Counted from the whole stretch's first letter, positions 24,708 to 39,120 are shown. The stretch is 63,820 nucleotides of DNA, filler included, from Bigelowiella natans CCMP2755 (GCA_000320545.1; 6 parts of 6 records of this genome joined end to end with filler, not necessarily neighbours in it), one strand, 5' to 3'. The notes: generated by a model not told the origin, from the letters alone. Program-made: numbers and translations.

Positions 24708-26218
24708 TTAGATTGGTTTGTCACGAAGAGAAACATGTCTCTCCCTATTTTCTCTTAGAATCCGAGTCAAATACTCGTGCTTAATGCCAGCACGATTACA
24801 AAGCGTGTTTTCCCCTTCCTTGTTCAATGGAGTCCCACGATGCCTGCGCCATGCTTCGACAAAACTCCGCTTAGTAACTTTACTGAAACCATAGAGCTTT
24901 GTGTAGTAGTTCGCAGTTGTACCCACATCAAACAATTTCACTCCTGCTTCTGCCATCCACAGCAAAGCTCCTTGTGTGCGTACTCGATCGCACCTGGGGT
25001 AGGTTCTAGTATCTGAGAAGAGGGACAAACATGTATAGCATGATCCGACCATAAAGCCAATTTCTCCTGACACAAGCACCTTCTTCGAATCAGAAGAAAC
25101 TTCCTCGTCTTTGCTATCAGTCATCTCTTTCGAGGACCCAACATTTTTGCTTTCCCACAGCTCAAACGAACACATACGAATGGAGGATAGGGGGGAAGGG
25201 GGGTTATTGGTGTTTGCTGCTGAAAGCTTCCTCTTTCGTCTTGAAGAATCACAATTTCCTGTCTTTCCGTTTGTGCTGGTAGTTTTAAGCCGAGGTAAAG
25301 ACGTCAGAAGATCTCGTACACGTCGAAAGCCCAGCCAATCGATACCGTGCAGACTCACGATTTTGTCCAGAACATCTTCGAAACACTCCGTGCAAGTTAG
25401 CTCGTAGTTGTGCTTGTTCAACGATCGCACCGTCTTCTTTCCGGTGTTCATATGTTTCACATCCTCTAAAATAACGCGCCCTCCAGTATCGCCGGTAAAA
25501 CCCCCAGCAGCTTTGTCCATCGTCCCTGACCCCTTGCTTGTGTTCCCACAAATCTCCAGATCTAAAACGCACCTCTCCGTAAGTGGAAGACCTGGAATCT
25601 GAATTTCCGTTGCGAAGGGGAAGAACCCCGCATACAGAGCTCCCTGTACGAAGCTGGATCGGAAGTCAAGGGTGTAGAAACGAAGGGATCGAATAGAGCA
25701 TTTATCCCGCTTCTTATGAGAAGTCACACGCTCATATTTTATTGTCTTGCGTGCTCGCCTTCCACCCTTCCTCTTTTTCCTCTTTCCAGACACCATTGAG
25801 TCAACTAGGTCGTCCCACTGATCCTCGCTGTAAGAACCTATTTTCCCATCATCTTCCCATGACGACGACAAATATGCCCGTCGCCCCAAAATCGTATCCA
25901 TCTCGGGGTTGTGTTCCCGGACATGTTCGATGCTAAAGCTTCCGCCTTGGTTAGAATTGCAGCCGTTTAGATCGGTGGCGCTATTTGAATCTTTGGAATG
26001 ACATGTTCGAGGCCTGGTGTCTATGTCTTGACCTCTCTTCTGCCGCTTCGGGGCTCTTCCTCCTTTGTATAATCGGCAAATTGTAAGTTTTGTATGCAGG
26101 GAGAAACGAAGAGAAAGGGGGAGGGATATCGCGTAAATGTGTCACAGTTCGCAATCCATAGCATAGCTTTCTTCATATTCATCATTTGATCGTCGCGGTC
26201 GCGGTCTACCAGTATCCA
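24708..26218 (-). CDS. Leucyl/phenylalanyl-tRNA--protein transferase (Aat) family homologue; main exon includes 24708-25901, 5' exon tentative
   Basis: Contains YELTCTECFEDVLDKIVSLHGIDWL, SFELW, LVSGEIGFMVGSCYTCLSLFS and LFDVG, matching the Aat/L-F transferase motif order. The frame stays open upstream of the 25901 ATG. Confidence 0.7.
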
Positions 26219-26512
26219 TAGCTCCCAGTGAGATTTTTCGAAGCTGCCCTTTTAACCCGAGTTCTGTCGAAGAGAAGCCATTACGAGCCGAAGAAAAAGA
26301 TTTTATAGAGGGTTCTATTTTCCCCTGAAAACAAGGGAAATCTCCAAAATATCCACGTAAATCCAGGCCATTCAGGTAGAATATTTATATTGGAAGAATC
26401 GCAGCTTCAGAAGTGGTTAGTTTTGTGGAAATTGGTGCTGTTTTGTACGTGCGACAACGTGTGTGTGTGTGTGTGTGTGTGTGTTTCCCTAGTTCCAGGA
26501 GCTCCAACACGA

Positions 26513-26813
26513 ATGATGTCGGAAGGCACGAAGGTCACCCCGGCTCTGCTGGCCACCGGCAAACCAGGAAAGCATCCTACAGCAAAGCATCCGACGGCGA
26601 GCGTCGAAGGTGGTTTCCAATGTGGGATAATCATGCGCCCCACGATTTAGTGGCCGAAACGAGGGCTGGTCATTCGAAGTATAACGAAATGATCTGGCAG
26701 TGATGATCTGCACTGATCCCTCGAATCACATATATTCATCATTTTGCCTCAGCCTTGCCAATTCTTCCCTATTTGCTCTATCGATCATTCCTCACTTTAT
26801 CCCATGTCGCATC

Positions 26814-26877
<64 letters not shown>

Positions 26878-27221
26878 AGGCACTGGAAAGACAGCTACCG
26901 CATCTTCCTCCTCTTCCTCTTCCGATGGTGATGGAAAGAAAAAAGAGATTGTAATTCCCCCAAAGAAGAAGGGAATCGTATTGAAGAAAAGAGAAACAAA
27001 GGAATCTGGAGGCCAGGGAAAAGAAGGGTTATCCGTTTATTACAGCTTCAGTATTTCCTCCACATATATTAAACATATGCATTGATCGGAGAGTTCCTAT
27101 CTCATCCCCCACGCCACTGCCTTCCTTACACATCCAAACTAGGTCGATATCATTCAATTTCTCGAAACCTAAGAAGTGCATAAAGAGCCCTCTAGACTTG
27201 ACAAGGGTAAAGACAAAGACT

Positions 27222-27279
<58 letters not shown>

Positions 27280-28198
27280 TGTGTGTTTGTATGGGCGTCT
27301 ACGCGAAAATACATGTACGATGCACATGTGTGACAGCTTTTTGATACGTGCATACACTAACATCACTCTTCTCTGTCGATATCTCTTTCAACAAAATGCA
27401 GTTCAAATCTTCAAGCGCGTATGCCAAGCTCCTAAACTTCATCAACACTGTCAGCTCTGAGATCAGAGGGTTGGTTTTTAAATAAATAAGAATTTGAAAT
27501 GTAAATACATGATGGTGAAGGATGCAAATCTTAAGGTATGGAGAAAAGAATCAAGCTACTTTATCTCTCCATATCCTCTTCCAATTAATTTTGTAGTGTC
27601 GGACTATCGAATGTCTCCATAGAAGCTGCCCCGACCTCCATTAAAGCTCTATTCAAAGTAAGATCAGACAACAACGCACTAACGTACCATAGTGCATACG
27701 TTGATGGTTTTGATGAATATCCTGAAACTCCTTCATTGCCACGGAAATTGCCACTCATGTCGCACCGTCATCAATCAGGCTTTGGAGCAAATGGAGGGGT
27801 GGCTCGAAGATTTCCCCCCCATCCAGCAGCCAATGCGATTTGGAAACAAGGCGTTTCGCCAATGGTATGCGAGAGTTGAAGAGAAGGTGCTTTACAAATT
27901 CATCAATAATGATGCATTCCACTACGTCTTCAGTGTTGCTTCTTCACATCACATCCAATCCTCGTTATCTCGCAGCAGCCTATCTTATTCTCTCTTCCCC
28001 TTCTCTCTTCCCCTCCTACTCTTATCGTCTAACGGGCTGCTGCTGCTGATACGGTTGCTGATATTGTTGCGAAAACCAATCAGATTGGCTCCATGATGGC
28101 GGGCATTGTGGGGAAGCAATGGGAAGAGAAAGGCGCGAGTGAAGAGCTCAAAACGTATCTGATGTCATCCTTTGGCAATCCCACTCGAATAGACTACG
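26513..28198 (+). CDS. PTPA: Phosphotyrosyl phosphatase activator (PTPA/PPP2R4/RRD), 5' part; truncated by the assembly gap, start uncertain
   Basis: Exons encode WLEDFPPIQQPMRFGNKAFRQWY and ELKTYLMSSFGNPTRIDYG, both hallmark PTPA motifs. Confidence 0.9.
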
Positions 28199-28376
28199 GT
28201 ATGTAGTATGCTTAGGGGGGGGGGGGGGATGGATGAGGCATCTAAGTGTGTGCATGTGTATGATGGTTCCCCGCTGCTGTCTATCCCTGTCATCGTCGCT
28301 GTTGCGTGTAGGTTATATGCCAAGAATATAGTGCAGCATCAGACGACCGATATCTGCTGCCTCCATATAATAATAC

Positions 28377-28476
28377 NNNNNNNNNNNNNNNNNNNNNNNN
28401 NNNNNNNNNNNNNNNNNNNNTTAATTAATTAANNNNNNNNNNNNNNNNNNNNNNNNNNNNNNNNNNNNNNNNNNNN
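28377..28476. other. Assembly gap with artificial linker
   Basis: N44-TTAATTAATTAA-N44, exactly 100 bp, with stops in all six frames. Confidence 0.98.
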
Positions 28477-28901
28477 CCCGGGGCAAAAAGGGGGGTTTTT
28501 TCATTGGGGGATTGGCCCCCCCGAATTTTCCGGAAAAAGCGTTTTTTGTTTCCCCCCCCCCCCCTGTTGGGGGATTGGGGGGAGTTGTTTTTTTTCCGGT
28601 CCTCGGGGGGCAGATAGGGGGAGTTCCGGAGGATTTTGGAGGGTTTGCCGTTGGAGGATCCCAGGCCCCCTTCCCCCCCCTGTTCAGCAAGATCAGCAAG
28701 TAGTAAGGTGCGGTTAATCATCGGCGATTTAGGGGGGGGGGGGATGGCTGAAGCAGGTCGTTTAAGTTTGTGATCAAAGCATAGTGTCTTTTCCTTTAAA
28801 AAGCAGGCCTTTTGTTTTCAATCGCGGCTTGATGAGAATAACGATGATAATGATGATGAGAATAATGATGATAATGATGATGAAAACGCCATCCGTCATC
28901 A

Positions 28902-28935
28902 TTATCGTGTTAGAATTCCTTTAACAACAACAATA

Positions 28936-28973
<38 letters not shown>

Positions 28974-29118
28974 TGTCCTTGTTCTTCTACTACTGCTACT
29001 TCTGCTACTTCTGCTACTACTACTTCTACTACTACTCGCACAGACAACCGATTCTAATGAAGAGAACTGTCGCAGGTTCCGATCACCGCTCCTCCTCCTG
29101 TCCTTTCCATCCGGGCGG

Positions 29119-29156
<38 letters not shown>

Positions 29157-32038
29157 GGGAGGAAGCTGGCAACGACGGTGCAGACGGAGCGATAGCTCTT
29201 GGCAAAGGCCATAAAGATCAGCACGCACGTATCCGTGCGTTCTCCTAGCAATCAAATCGAGAAGGTCACGAGGCTTTGCATCTGCTTCTATCATCCCATC
29301 CCCTTCCTTCTGCTGCTGAAGGAACGACGGGCAGAGGCTGGCCAGGATTTCGTGGCGCTGAGTTTGGCTCGGAGGGGAGAGGAGAAGAGCCCTGTCGAAA
29401 CGACCTGCGCGCAGTAAAGAAGAGCTCACATGCTCTAAGCCTCTTGTTGTCGCCACAACCACCTGTAAAATTAAATATGAGGATGATGATGATTTGATGC
29501 TACTCGATCAAAGGCATTGACGGCAGCAATGGCGATGAAGCCAGAAGAGAAGGAGGATTACTACTAGAACTACTACTACTACTACTACTACTACTACAAC
29601 AACAACAACAACAACAACAACAAAACAGCACTGCCGACACAACATCCTATGGCAAAGATGGGAATGGAAACGAGATACTAGCGTCTCCAGGTTTTGGTTG
29701 TTGGTGTTCTGCATGGATGGGTGCATGCCTCAACAACAATCAACATGTCACGATGTTAGACACAAGGAGAGGAGTAGAGGCCAAACCAGATCGAGAGAAC
29801 GACGACGTTGTGACGACGTGCTACTACTGATATCGTCTCCTATTTGCGGCAAGAAAACCCCAGGTATCCCCGGGTCGTTGATGCCGTCTAACCAAGAGCA
29901 CAGCGCTGCGACAACACGCGTGGAGGCGGAGCTATTGTCGAAGGAAGTGGAGGACCGGGGAATCGCAATGGCGTCAATTGCGTCGATGACGATCACTGCG
30001 GGTGCACACTCCTCGAAAGACTTGAACAGAGCAGAGATCGATCCGCCTTTGGTAATATTATTCCGCATTGCATGTGAGTTGTATATTACAGAAGGGGAGT
30101 AGCAGTGCGCTTGCCTGATATTCATTTATATGAGTATAGCTGATGCGTGCTTATTTACACCTTGAATTCTCTTTAGAATGTCGGTGGCTGAGATGACAAT
30201 GGGCGTCACAGCTCCAGGGACTTGCCGCGCAATCGAATTCGCCAGCATCGTCTTCCCGCCACCCGAGACCCCGTGAATCACGAAGCAGTGAGGGGGCACC
30301 ACAATGGGGGGACACGGAGGAGAATCGCAGCCACGTTGATTCATCCTGAGCGAGCGAGTCCGAAATATTAGTCACATACTATTTATTCGCAGAATACGGG
30401 CATGTATCTCTACCCTAGCAAAGCAGAGTTGAGCATTTATTATTACCTAGAAGTTGAATAGTGATTGAGCGCTGTCGCCATCTCCGCCGTCAATACCTCT
30501 AAGATCGGCCCGCATCCAGGAGCCATCTCACGCACACACAACTCCCACTCTCTTCGCTGTGAAGGCGTAATATTTAGACGTCCATGTCGACCTACCTTAG
30601 TATTCACCTCCGTTTCTTTCGAATTATTCTTTTCATCTGTCTCCTCCCATCCAGTAGAACAGGGAGGGTAGCGAGAGTGGCGACGCCGTGTGAAGCTTAT
30701 GTGCGTGTCGTGAGAAATAATGGCCGCGAAGGTGCAGTCACTATCATGGCTTTCTCCGCTTGCTTGTCTTGGAGATTTTTCCGGGGTATCCTTCTCTTCA
30801 AAGTCCTATTGCATTATTTTGTTATCAAACGAGTTTGGCATCATTCTAGTATCATTTGGCAGTAACAGCTTGGAAGCAAGTGTGCTAGCGAAGAGGTCAC
30901 GTGTTTGTAGTGTTTATGTCCCCCCAGTCAATCAACACTAACCCATACCTGTTCTTCAACAGCGACTATTTGCATGGTTGTATAGCTTTTGTTTCTCCTT
31001 CTCCTCATGCCATCTTGAAGCTCCTCCTCCTTCTCTACCTGCTGATCTTCGTCCCCCCCCTCTGCAAACCAATCCACCGATATGCAAGACTGTGGCACGG
31101 CGGGCATTCCGTCTAAGAATACTGTGGCGAGAACCATTATGCGCCGCCCCCCTCCCTTCTCCAAAAGGGGCCCAACGTCCGTCGCAATTTCCACGGACTT
31201 GGCTCGCTTTCTTCCTTGAGTTATCAGGGGCTTTATTCGTAGAAATGCCGAAGAAACCTTCGGATCTCTGCTCGTCCCCTCCTCCTGCTCCTTCTCCTTC
31301 GAATGTCCACCATCTTCGGAAGTCTCCCTTCCATCCTTACTTATACCCCTCCCCCTGAGATTGAGTGCAGTCCAGGCAGAGTGAGTAACAACAGCAGCCT
31401 CTTTGCAATAGATACCGTCGTCGAATCTTTGCGAGACATCTCTTCTCAGACGCACTCTCAAAACAGCAGTTTCTCCCGTAGAGCTCCTCGCGAGCGCCCA
31501 CACAGGCTTGGTGGCGGAGGGGGTATTCTTTCTCGGAGAATCATTGCATGAAGTTATGGAAAAGATCTCGCAAAACTGGTCCAAACTCATTGAGACGCCC
31601 ATCTAATTGTACAGGACATTTGATTTCTGGGTTACGACCGAATGTTAACAGATCCCTCCTCCAGAAAATTCCGCATCTATCTACCACCATGGAACTCTCC
31701 TCCTTTTAATCATATTCGCGTATTCATAGCATTAGGATAAATTTTTATTAATATACCGAAGAATCCGAAGGCGTGAAAGAGTACGAAGGAGAAGCCCGTT
31801 TGACGGAAAGGCGACTCCATTCCTTGCTGCTCATGAAAGTTGGAAAACGAAGGCTGGGAGAAGATGAAGGTATACACGTACGCTTTGTTGTAAGTTTCCA
31901 AATCTTCACTGACCGATGCACAGAATCCCCAGAAAGAGTCCTCGCAGCAGGAAGCTCGACCTCCTTCCTCAAAGAGGGGGAGGCATCGACCGGCGACAGC
32001 GAATCGATAACTGTAAAATTTATGCGGGAAATATCCAT
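28902..32038 (-). CDS. AAA+ ATPase of the CDC48/AFG2(SPATA5)-like group: N-region and first AAA domain; 3' part lost toward the gap, 5' end uncertain
   Basis: Walker A HGVSGGGKT, Walker B-like VIVIDAIDAI, SRH SSLLRAGRFDR and lid ARRTHGYVRADL, spread over exons near 30344-30160, 30045-29850 and 29462-29050. Confidence 0.8.
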
Positions 32039-32809
32039 ATTTTCTGTATCTACGACACCAAAAAGAGTTCGTCGCCGAGCGAAAACTGGAACTAATTTTT
32101 TTAGAACTCGAACTCGTTGCGAGATTTAGCATTGAATGATCATGCTGTTTGGAAATCCTTAGGGAAATTACGATGTACTGAGTAGTACCGGTTGTATGCC
32201 CGTCAGTGCCAGCAGGGATTTGCTTGGATCGATGTTCTCCAGACATCTCAACACAATTGGAAGGAGAGACCAGTGAGCGAGAAATAAATACCGTGAATGT
32301 ACATACAGTTCCAACAAATTGGATCCGGTTCAACACCTACGACCTGTGATCCCTTTCAAAAAGTTTGACCTTTTCATTGGGTATTGCCCGGTACCCCGCT
32401 TTTCCGCGCTCCCCGAACCAAAACAAAGGGGTTTCCGGGCTTCGCAAGGCGAATTCCCCTCCGAAAAGTGGCGAGCTTGTCTGCGTCGCCCACCACTTCG
32501 TTTGGTGCCCGCCGATTTTTTCGCCTTCCAAGAGAGCCTGCATCTACCCCGTGTGACAGGCTCTGGCCCGTTGTCTTAGGGGCGGATCGGAGTTCTCCGT
32601 TGTGTTCTTTTTAGACTCTTCGGAAAACATTCGAAGGAGAACACAGTCGTGCAGCCGAATATAAGCACACTTCCGACCAGCCTTTTCAAACCGTCGCGTG
32701 ACCGCAGGTCATCTCTCAACACGCCCCCGTGCGCCCCCATCCCCCCCCCCCGCTCCGAACCTCGTTATTCCATATCGCTTACACAAGACTCGAAGTGGAT
32801 CGTCGCAGA

Positions 32810-34004
32810 TGTCGTTTGAGAAAGTGACTCCTCCCTTGGATCAGGGCATTTTCTTCAGAGGGATGTGGCGTTATGATGAATTGATGACGTGGAATGAGTG
32901 TACGACTTGCAGTGACGCTTCCTGCGGATCGTTGTTCTTCTACTGGAAGCTGGAGGTAAAAGCTTCTCTGTGGCTTGTGAAGACACTTCGAGGCGCATGC
33001 TTTCCCTAGCTGCTCCTACGTTCATACCATCGATTAATAGAGAGGAGAACTGTGCGAGAACAGTGAACACTTATGTTTATCAATCTGCCTTCGTGGAGAT
33101 ATACCTTGAAACCTACACTGTTTAATGTTGTTTATCACAGAAACTGAAGGAAGATGGTAGTAACTTGCCATTATACCGCCGCTCCCAGCCTCCTGAGATG
33201 GACCCTGAGCGATACATCGTGATCAAGAGTAGCGGTTCGAATAATCCTGTTTGAAGAGATTCTCATATCAATTGCATTTGTTTTTTCTCTTAATCTTTTT
33301 GCGGTGAAAGTCGTATCCGTCCATGCCCTCGCCTTAAAAGTTGGATGCAGTCCATTCACTCCAGTTTTCTCCGTCTTAATTTAGGCTATTACCCTTCCGA
33401 GCAGGATGATGAAAGCAAAATGGTACAACAGCACCTAATCCGACAGGGATATCTAGATCTAGAGCTCGGAAAGGTGGTCCTCTGCAGTCAGGACGATGAG
33501 CCGTGGGGTTTGACACTCTATACTGCTGACATTGTTCGACAAGGAGCAGGCGCCGGGAGGATTTCTGGAAAATTCTTGGTTATGGGTCCTAACTACACCC
33601 CATTTCAAGGTTCAAACGGACGCATGTGCGGTCCGGAGGGCGATTGGTTCCTCGCGCCCTCTCAGGGTTCTGTGAAACTCATGCGACAGATGCTGAGTGC
33701 CATCGAGGACAGAAAGCGCAAAATGGTACAAAGGAAATTCGAAAAGGCGAGGAAGAGGTTGCCCTCTGTCAACGAGCTGCTTAAGACTGCAAAACTTACT
33801 CATTATACCGAGCAATTCTGTGAGGCAAAGCACACGACTGAGGAGCTGATCAGGGCGACTAAGGACCACCAGCGCTGGATGTCGATTGCATCTGCCGCTG
33901 GCATGAAGCCCGGCCACTCTGCGCGCTTTAAGAAAACGATAAAAGAATTTGGCTCTGATGACAATCTGATTGAACTCTACACATCGATATATAACGAGCA
34001 ATAG
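32810..34004 (+). CDS. Hypothetical protein with C-terminal SAM-like domain
   Basis: The terminal exon ends SVNELLKTAKLTHYTEQF...AGMKPGHSARFKKTI (SAM pattern L..Y...F...G.K.GH). Upstream GT-AG exons start at the ATG at 32810. Confidence 0.6.
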
Positions 34005-34399
34005 AAGCAGCAGCAGTTCTCTGGATTGTTTATATATTATAGGCATGGAGGAGGGAGGGCTGTTGCAGATCTCCCAAGTGAATTGTGAATTTAAGGAATA
34101 TGTAAACTAGTATAATCATATTTGTGGCGATACTTCAGATGTAGATATAAGGGTACGCCTCAATGGCTTATGTAGTCGACTCCATGATCGTTCATTCCTA
34201 ATGTCTTCTACAACTCGGATTTAGCGACGTCGGCTTTCGGCTCAGGTTCCTTATATGAGTAATATTACACATACAAGTGAGCCCCTAAACGTAAGTTTAT
34301 TATTTTGCCAAGTCGTAATCATAAACAATATAATAACATCGCTCTAGAAGGAAATAATATGTTTAGGAAGATATGATATACAATAAAATCATCCTATCA

Positions 34400-34870
34400 C
34401 TGTGGACATACGATGCATGCACAAGATGTATTGTTCTAACCAGTCGACTCATTCGATCATCAAAGCGCCAGGCATTTTGAAGTCATTATGTACCTATGAC
34501 ACACGTGCGCGCACATGCACGTACACGCACACATCATTTAACACGTAAAGCACACAACTTTATCACAGCTATTCAGCGTCACATTGCCGGGCAAATTAGA
34601 GAAAATGGGATAGGGGGAGATCTAAACACAGAAAAAGCAAGGCTGTATTGAAGGCATGCACACAAGCATAGCCAGGGCAAAGAGCTGACGCCTGCGCTGC
34701 TGCAGCAGACTGCATGGCGGACATTGACATCCCCCTACGCATTTTTGATGTGCTGATGTGATGCGCAGCTGTGTCGCATGCATTGTCCGAGCCTGCATGC
34801 ACGACAACTTTCCGATCGAGCGTTTGCTGCGACGACACTGCACGCCATATGTCTGCTAGGTGTGCCAAAA
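34400..34870. repeat. TpA-depleted island E
   Basis: Only 4 TpA in ~34650-34860, three in CTA or TAG context. GCATGC and TGCA are frequent. Confidence 0.6.
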
Positions 34871-34923
34871 TTAAACAGTTTTCACGGAAACATTTTGGAC
34901 GATCTTTGCGGCGTGAGCGTCGC

Positions 34924-36801
34924 TCAAAACTTAGAACTGCGGGCCTTAAGCGTGTCAACATCAAATGGGTCTTTGATGTAAAGTTCCTTCAGCTTTGGAT
35001 CGATTAGTTCCTCGGTGACATGTTTGCACATTTGATCTGGGGTTCTAACCAGTATGCCCCGGTACTCGTGGGAGTTAATGAGGTCAATAGAAGCATTGTG
35101 ATATGACAGATTTCCGAGAATTTGGGTTGGAATGGCATAGTGTGCACGTACCGATCCCAATGTGATGAACTTTGGCTGGATTAAAAGCTTGCGCTTTCCA
35201 CATCCAAACAGGCACTCCTGGGTATTATATCCACTAAATCTTGATGCTTTCCTACCTGGTCCTAACTTAAAACCCCCCGTTTCATTGTGACAACAATATC
35301 GCTTTCTATAACGGAATGGCATAGCCTTGATGTTGGGCATCTTCTGCCCCGCAGCGTGCAGCGCATCGCTCCGAACATTGATCTTTCGCGGTAAACATAT
35401 TTCAGACTGATATAGATAAATACCATAAGTGAACACTGCGATATTGGAATGTGCCTCCAGGAATTGATACAACTGTTCTCGATTATGCACTCCTGGTATG
35501 TGCAAGCTTTCGTCTATGTCGTGCATTATTACCTACCATTAATGAATTCAGTCAGCTACTCAACCGGCTTTCTATAACGTAGAATCATAGATCGTACCCA
35601 ATCGAAACTTTGGCGTGTTTTGTTATGACATAGTTGTATAGATAACTGATGAGCGCAAGTTTCAATTGGATCACAAAACGGGACCTACAAATGAAGAGTA
35701 GTGTAACTGTTTCTAATCGATGAAGACTCAAAGAGATTCCATACATTAGAAGACTATACCGTCTCCACAACATCCATATTTTTTTTCATCCATTTTACAA
35801 ATCTGGGATCTGTCCGATTGGGATGGTAATAACTGAAAATACTGAAACCCCAGTATCTCTGATAACGAACCCATTCATTAAGGTACTCATAATTAGTCGG
35901 ATTGCCGTATAGAGCAGCCGTGCACACTGCTACTTTTGGACTATCTTCATCGACTGTAACAGGCAATTGATCATCTTCTCCATCGATTGTCATGGCTTCT
36001 GTGGGCAAATCTGGTGGGCTTGATAGGTGATCTGCACTCATTCTGACTCGTGTCAGATTTTTTTCGTTCATCCATCCGGGGCCAAACAATCCACCACTCT
36101 CCAAGTATTCCTAAACGCGTTTGAAATAATCAATTTGAGAAATGGCTACGGGAATGAAATTAAAATGACGTTCCTCATATTACCAAGAGAAATATGATGA
36201 GCAAAATCGCAGCAGCTTGTTCCCACCGGAGGTACATGGGAGGAGGAGGAGGAGGAGGAGGAGGTAGGGCAATGTGCCTGCGAAATATAACTATTGGGCT
36301 CCTCTCCTTGGAGCGGAATTTTGTTCTTCCATCAGGGAGAGAAGCCATTCACAGAGTGACTCATCGGATGAGATACTCGTTTGCACACGTTCCGTTGTCT
36401 TTGAAAGAAAATATGCACTGATGAAAATGGGGGGTAATCCATCCCTGCGACATCTAAAATAGGATCCTAAATGATGTATTCCACCCGACTGATGACCTCA
36501 CAGCTCCTCTCTTTTCTCCTGGAATCGATGCGGTCACGACGCAAACGGTCGCGTTTCTGCCTGGAAATACAAACCATTTGTCCATACGCGACAACCTTCT
36601 AATCCATTTCTTGACCCGTGATTTCTTCAGCCAAGCATGGGCGCCGCAACCACGTGCGTTCAGTAGAGAGTCCTTTCCTCCGAGCCTTACACATTCATCC
36701 AGACACAACAGCGACGACCTGTGCTTTCTATGACCATGATAGAACGTGATGCATTCGTTAAATAATGTTGCTCGCATGTTTCCATGAAGGTCCGGAATCA
36801 C
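34924..36801 (-). CDS. Glycosyltransferase family 92 (DUF23)-like GT-A protein; 5' end uncertain
   Basis: VAVCTAALYG...LNEWVRYQRYWGFSIFSYY, a DxD motif in HDIDE, and KLLIQP...H. Confidence 0.7.
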
Positions 36802-37777
36802 TGTCGAAGACGGGCGGCTGCTGCTTGAGACTCACGTTAACCCTAGTGACCACGCTTTCTGGGCAAAGTTTTGGGGACCGGATGCTCGCTCAGACATCTG
36901 GATCACCCTTGATCCTCAGTTCCTTAGGTTCCTCCGAGAGAAGCGCCCGGAAAACTTGTTCACGCTAATGGCAAAGGTAGAAAATTGAATGCATCTAGGT
37001 TGCGTGCAGCTTCCGATGAGCTCTCCCCCACTCCCCAGACAACAGAAAATCTCGAAAGACTACTTCAGCGCCGAAAATCTCTGGAAAGTGGCCAGATAGA
37101 AGAGCTTACAGCTTGTGTTCGAATCCTGACCAGGTCGTTGCTTATAGTTATATCCTAGGTCCGAAGAAATGCCTGCAGCCGGGTTATTCTCCTAAGACTT
37201 AACTACTTAACTACAATCTGCAGATGCTTACAAACGACGAACGAAGATCTCGAGGTTGGGTTTTCCTGTGCATTATGATTACCCGTCTGCAAAATATGCA
37301 ATCAACACGAATTAAACCATAAATTTTATATAACCCAGGAGAAGTTCGGAAGAGACTATCTATTTTATCACAAGCCTGCCCCGCCAGCAGGACCCCCTCC
37401 CTCAACTACATCCCCTTCCCAATCTGTCTCGAATTCTCAAGTTGATGAGAAAGCATCGGGGGAGGGGGAAGCTGAAGTGAAGGAATCACCGAAATCGGAC
37501 GGGAAAGAGAATATGCAGAATAGCAAAAGAAGGAGCACCTTAGCAGAGAGGTGTAGTTTTCCTTCATTTTCACTCCTTCTTTATTTTTTGTGTCTTTCGG
37601 TGCGTTGTATCTGTGGTTGTTACCCTGCTGCTGCCCCGGTATCTATTTCGCTGGATTCTGTGTGGAATTGAACCTCATATGGTGTTCGTGCGTGCCGTGT
37701 GTGTGTGTGTGTGTGTGATAGCAAGTGGGGAACTATGGAACCTAATTTAAGGATTCTCAAAACAATTATTCCTCACT

Positions 37778-37821
<44 letters not shown>

Positions 37822-37895
37822 CCCGACATTCGACTCGATAGCGCCTTCCTTTCTCTTTGCCGATGATGATGCTTCTGCTGCTATTATTTATACAG

Positions 37896-38360
37896 GATAG
37901 TGTCAGTGATAACTCGGTTGATGTTTGTCCCTGGGTTTACTCTGGAGCTTGCTACGCACGTCACCACTATGGCCGATGGGACACTCAAGGAGTTGTCCCC
38001 TATGGATTACGAGTCATCGGTGGAAGCAAATAGGGTATTATGTAGTAGTTGTCCTAATTCAAGTTTTCTTGAGTATGAGCGGCAATTAAAGAGTCTTATG
38101 ATCGGGAGGCTGCCAATTTTCCCCCCTCAATAATTTCTCACGATTATTTCTTTCTCGATGCATCGTTTTGCACTGCGCAGGGTCCTTTAAATACGTACCC
38201 CAATTTATTGTGGGAGGAGGGCCTCGAATCTCTGCCCGCGTTAAATAACACTTCCAATGTTGACCAAGAAGTATCCGGGGGGGGGGGTTCAAACGCGGGT
38301 GGCAGCTCCCGAATGAGTAATATGAGTTGTATGTATATTATACATTATACACACATATTC

Positions 38361-38396
<36 letters not shown>

Positions 38397-38406
38397 TGTG
38401 TTGTGT

Positions 38407-38450
<44 letters not shown>

Positions 38451-39087
38451 TGCGCGCTCGCTTGATTGTATTTTTTGCCTGTGTGCATGATGTTGTATTG
38501 TTACTTATTAAAATGATATCTTTCTCACTGAAGGAAACCACAGCAAGAATGCACCATATTCAAGCATCTCAATGATGACAATATTTCGCAGACGCTGAGG
38601 GCTACGTGGAAGTGACCCCCCCCCCCATTGCAAGGGTGAGTATCGACTCCAATCGCGTCGTTGTGCTCGAGTGCCTGCTGGTAGGCTTTCGCATCAGGAT
38701 GTAGATAGCAACAAAAAAAGGGAAGAGAGACTTCAGTCGACGTTTTCTTGTGATATTAAGGATTTCATCATAACACGGTTATCAGGGTTTCGATACAATA
38801 CATGGACATACACATATATAGTTATAATATATATTGTTGTATTGAATCATTCATTTACAACGTGTTTTTGGCTTCTCATCACTCTCTCTCTCTCTCTCTC
38901 TCTCTCCCTCCCTCTCTCCCCACCCCCTCCCCCCCCCCGCACGTCGTCGTCGTCTATCTCCCATCAGGCGTGCTTGGGTAGCGCGCTGTACACGCAGCCA
39001 AATTTACTTGCCGCTAAGAGAAATATATGGGCGGAACTGGTAGCGATGCTGATACATGTAGCACGCAGCTTCCTCACAAGACGATTC

Positions 39088-39120
<33 letters not shown>

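Noticed and set aside
28421-28432. Palindromic TTAATTAATTAA repeated five times in the window
   Set aside because: Always centred in a 100-bp N block, so it is an artificial contig linker. Adjacency across these joins is not guaranteed.
28477-28830. G/C/T homopolymer-rich segment with short ORFs
   Set aside because: Looks like low-quality read-end sequence next to a gap, with no coherent coding or repeat structure.
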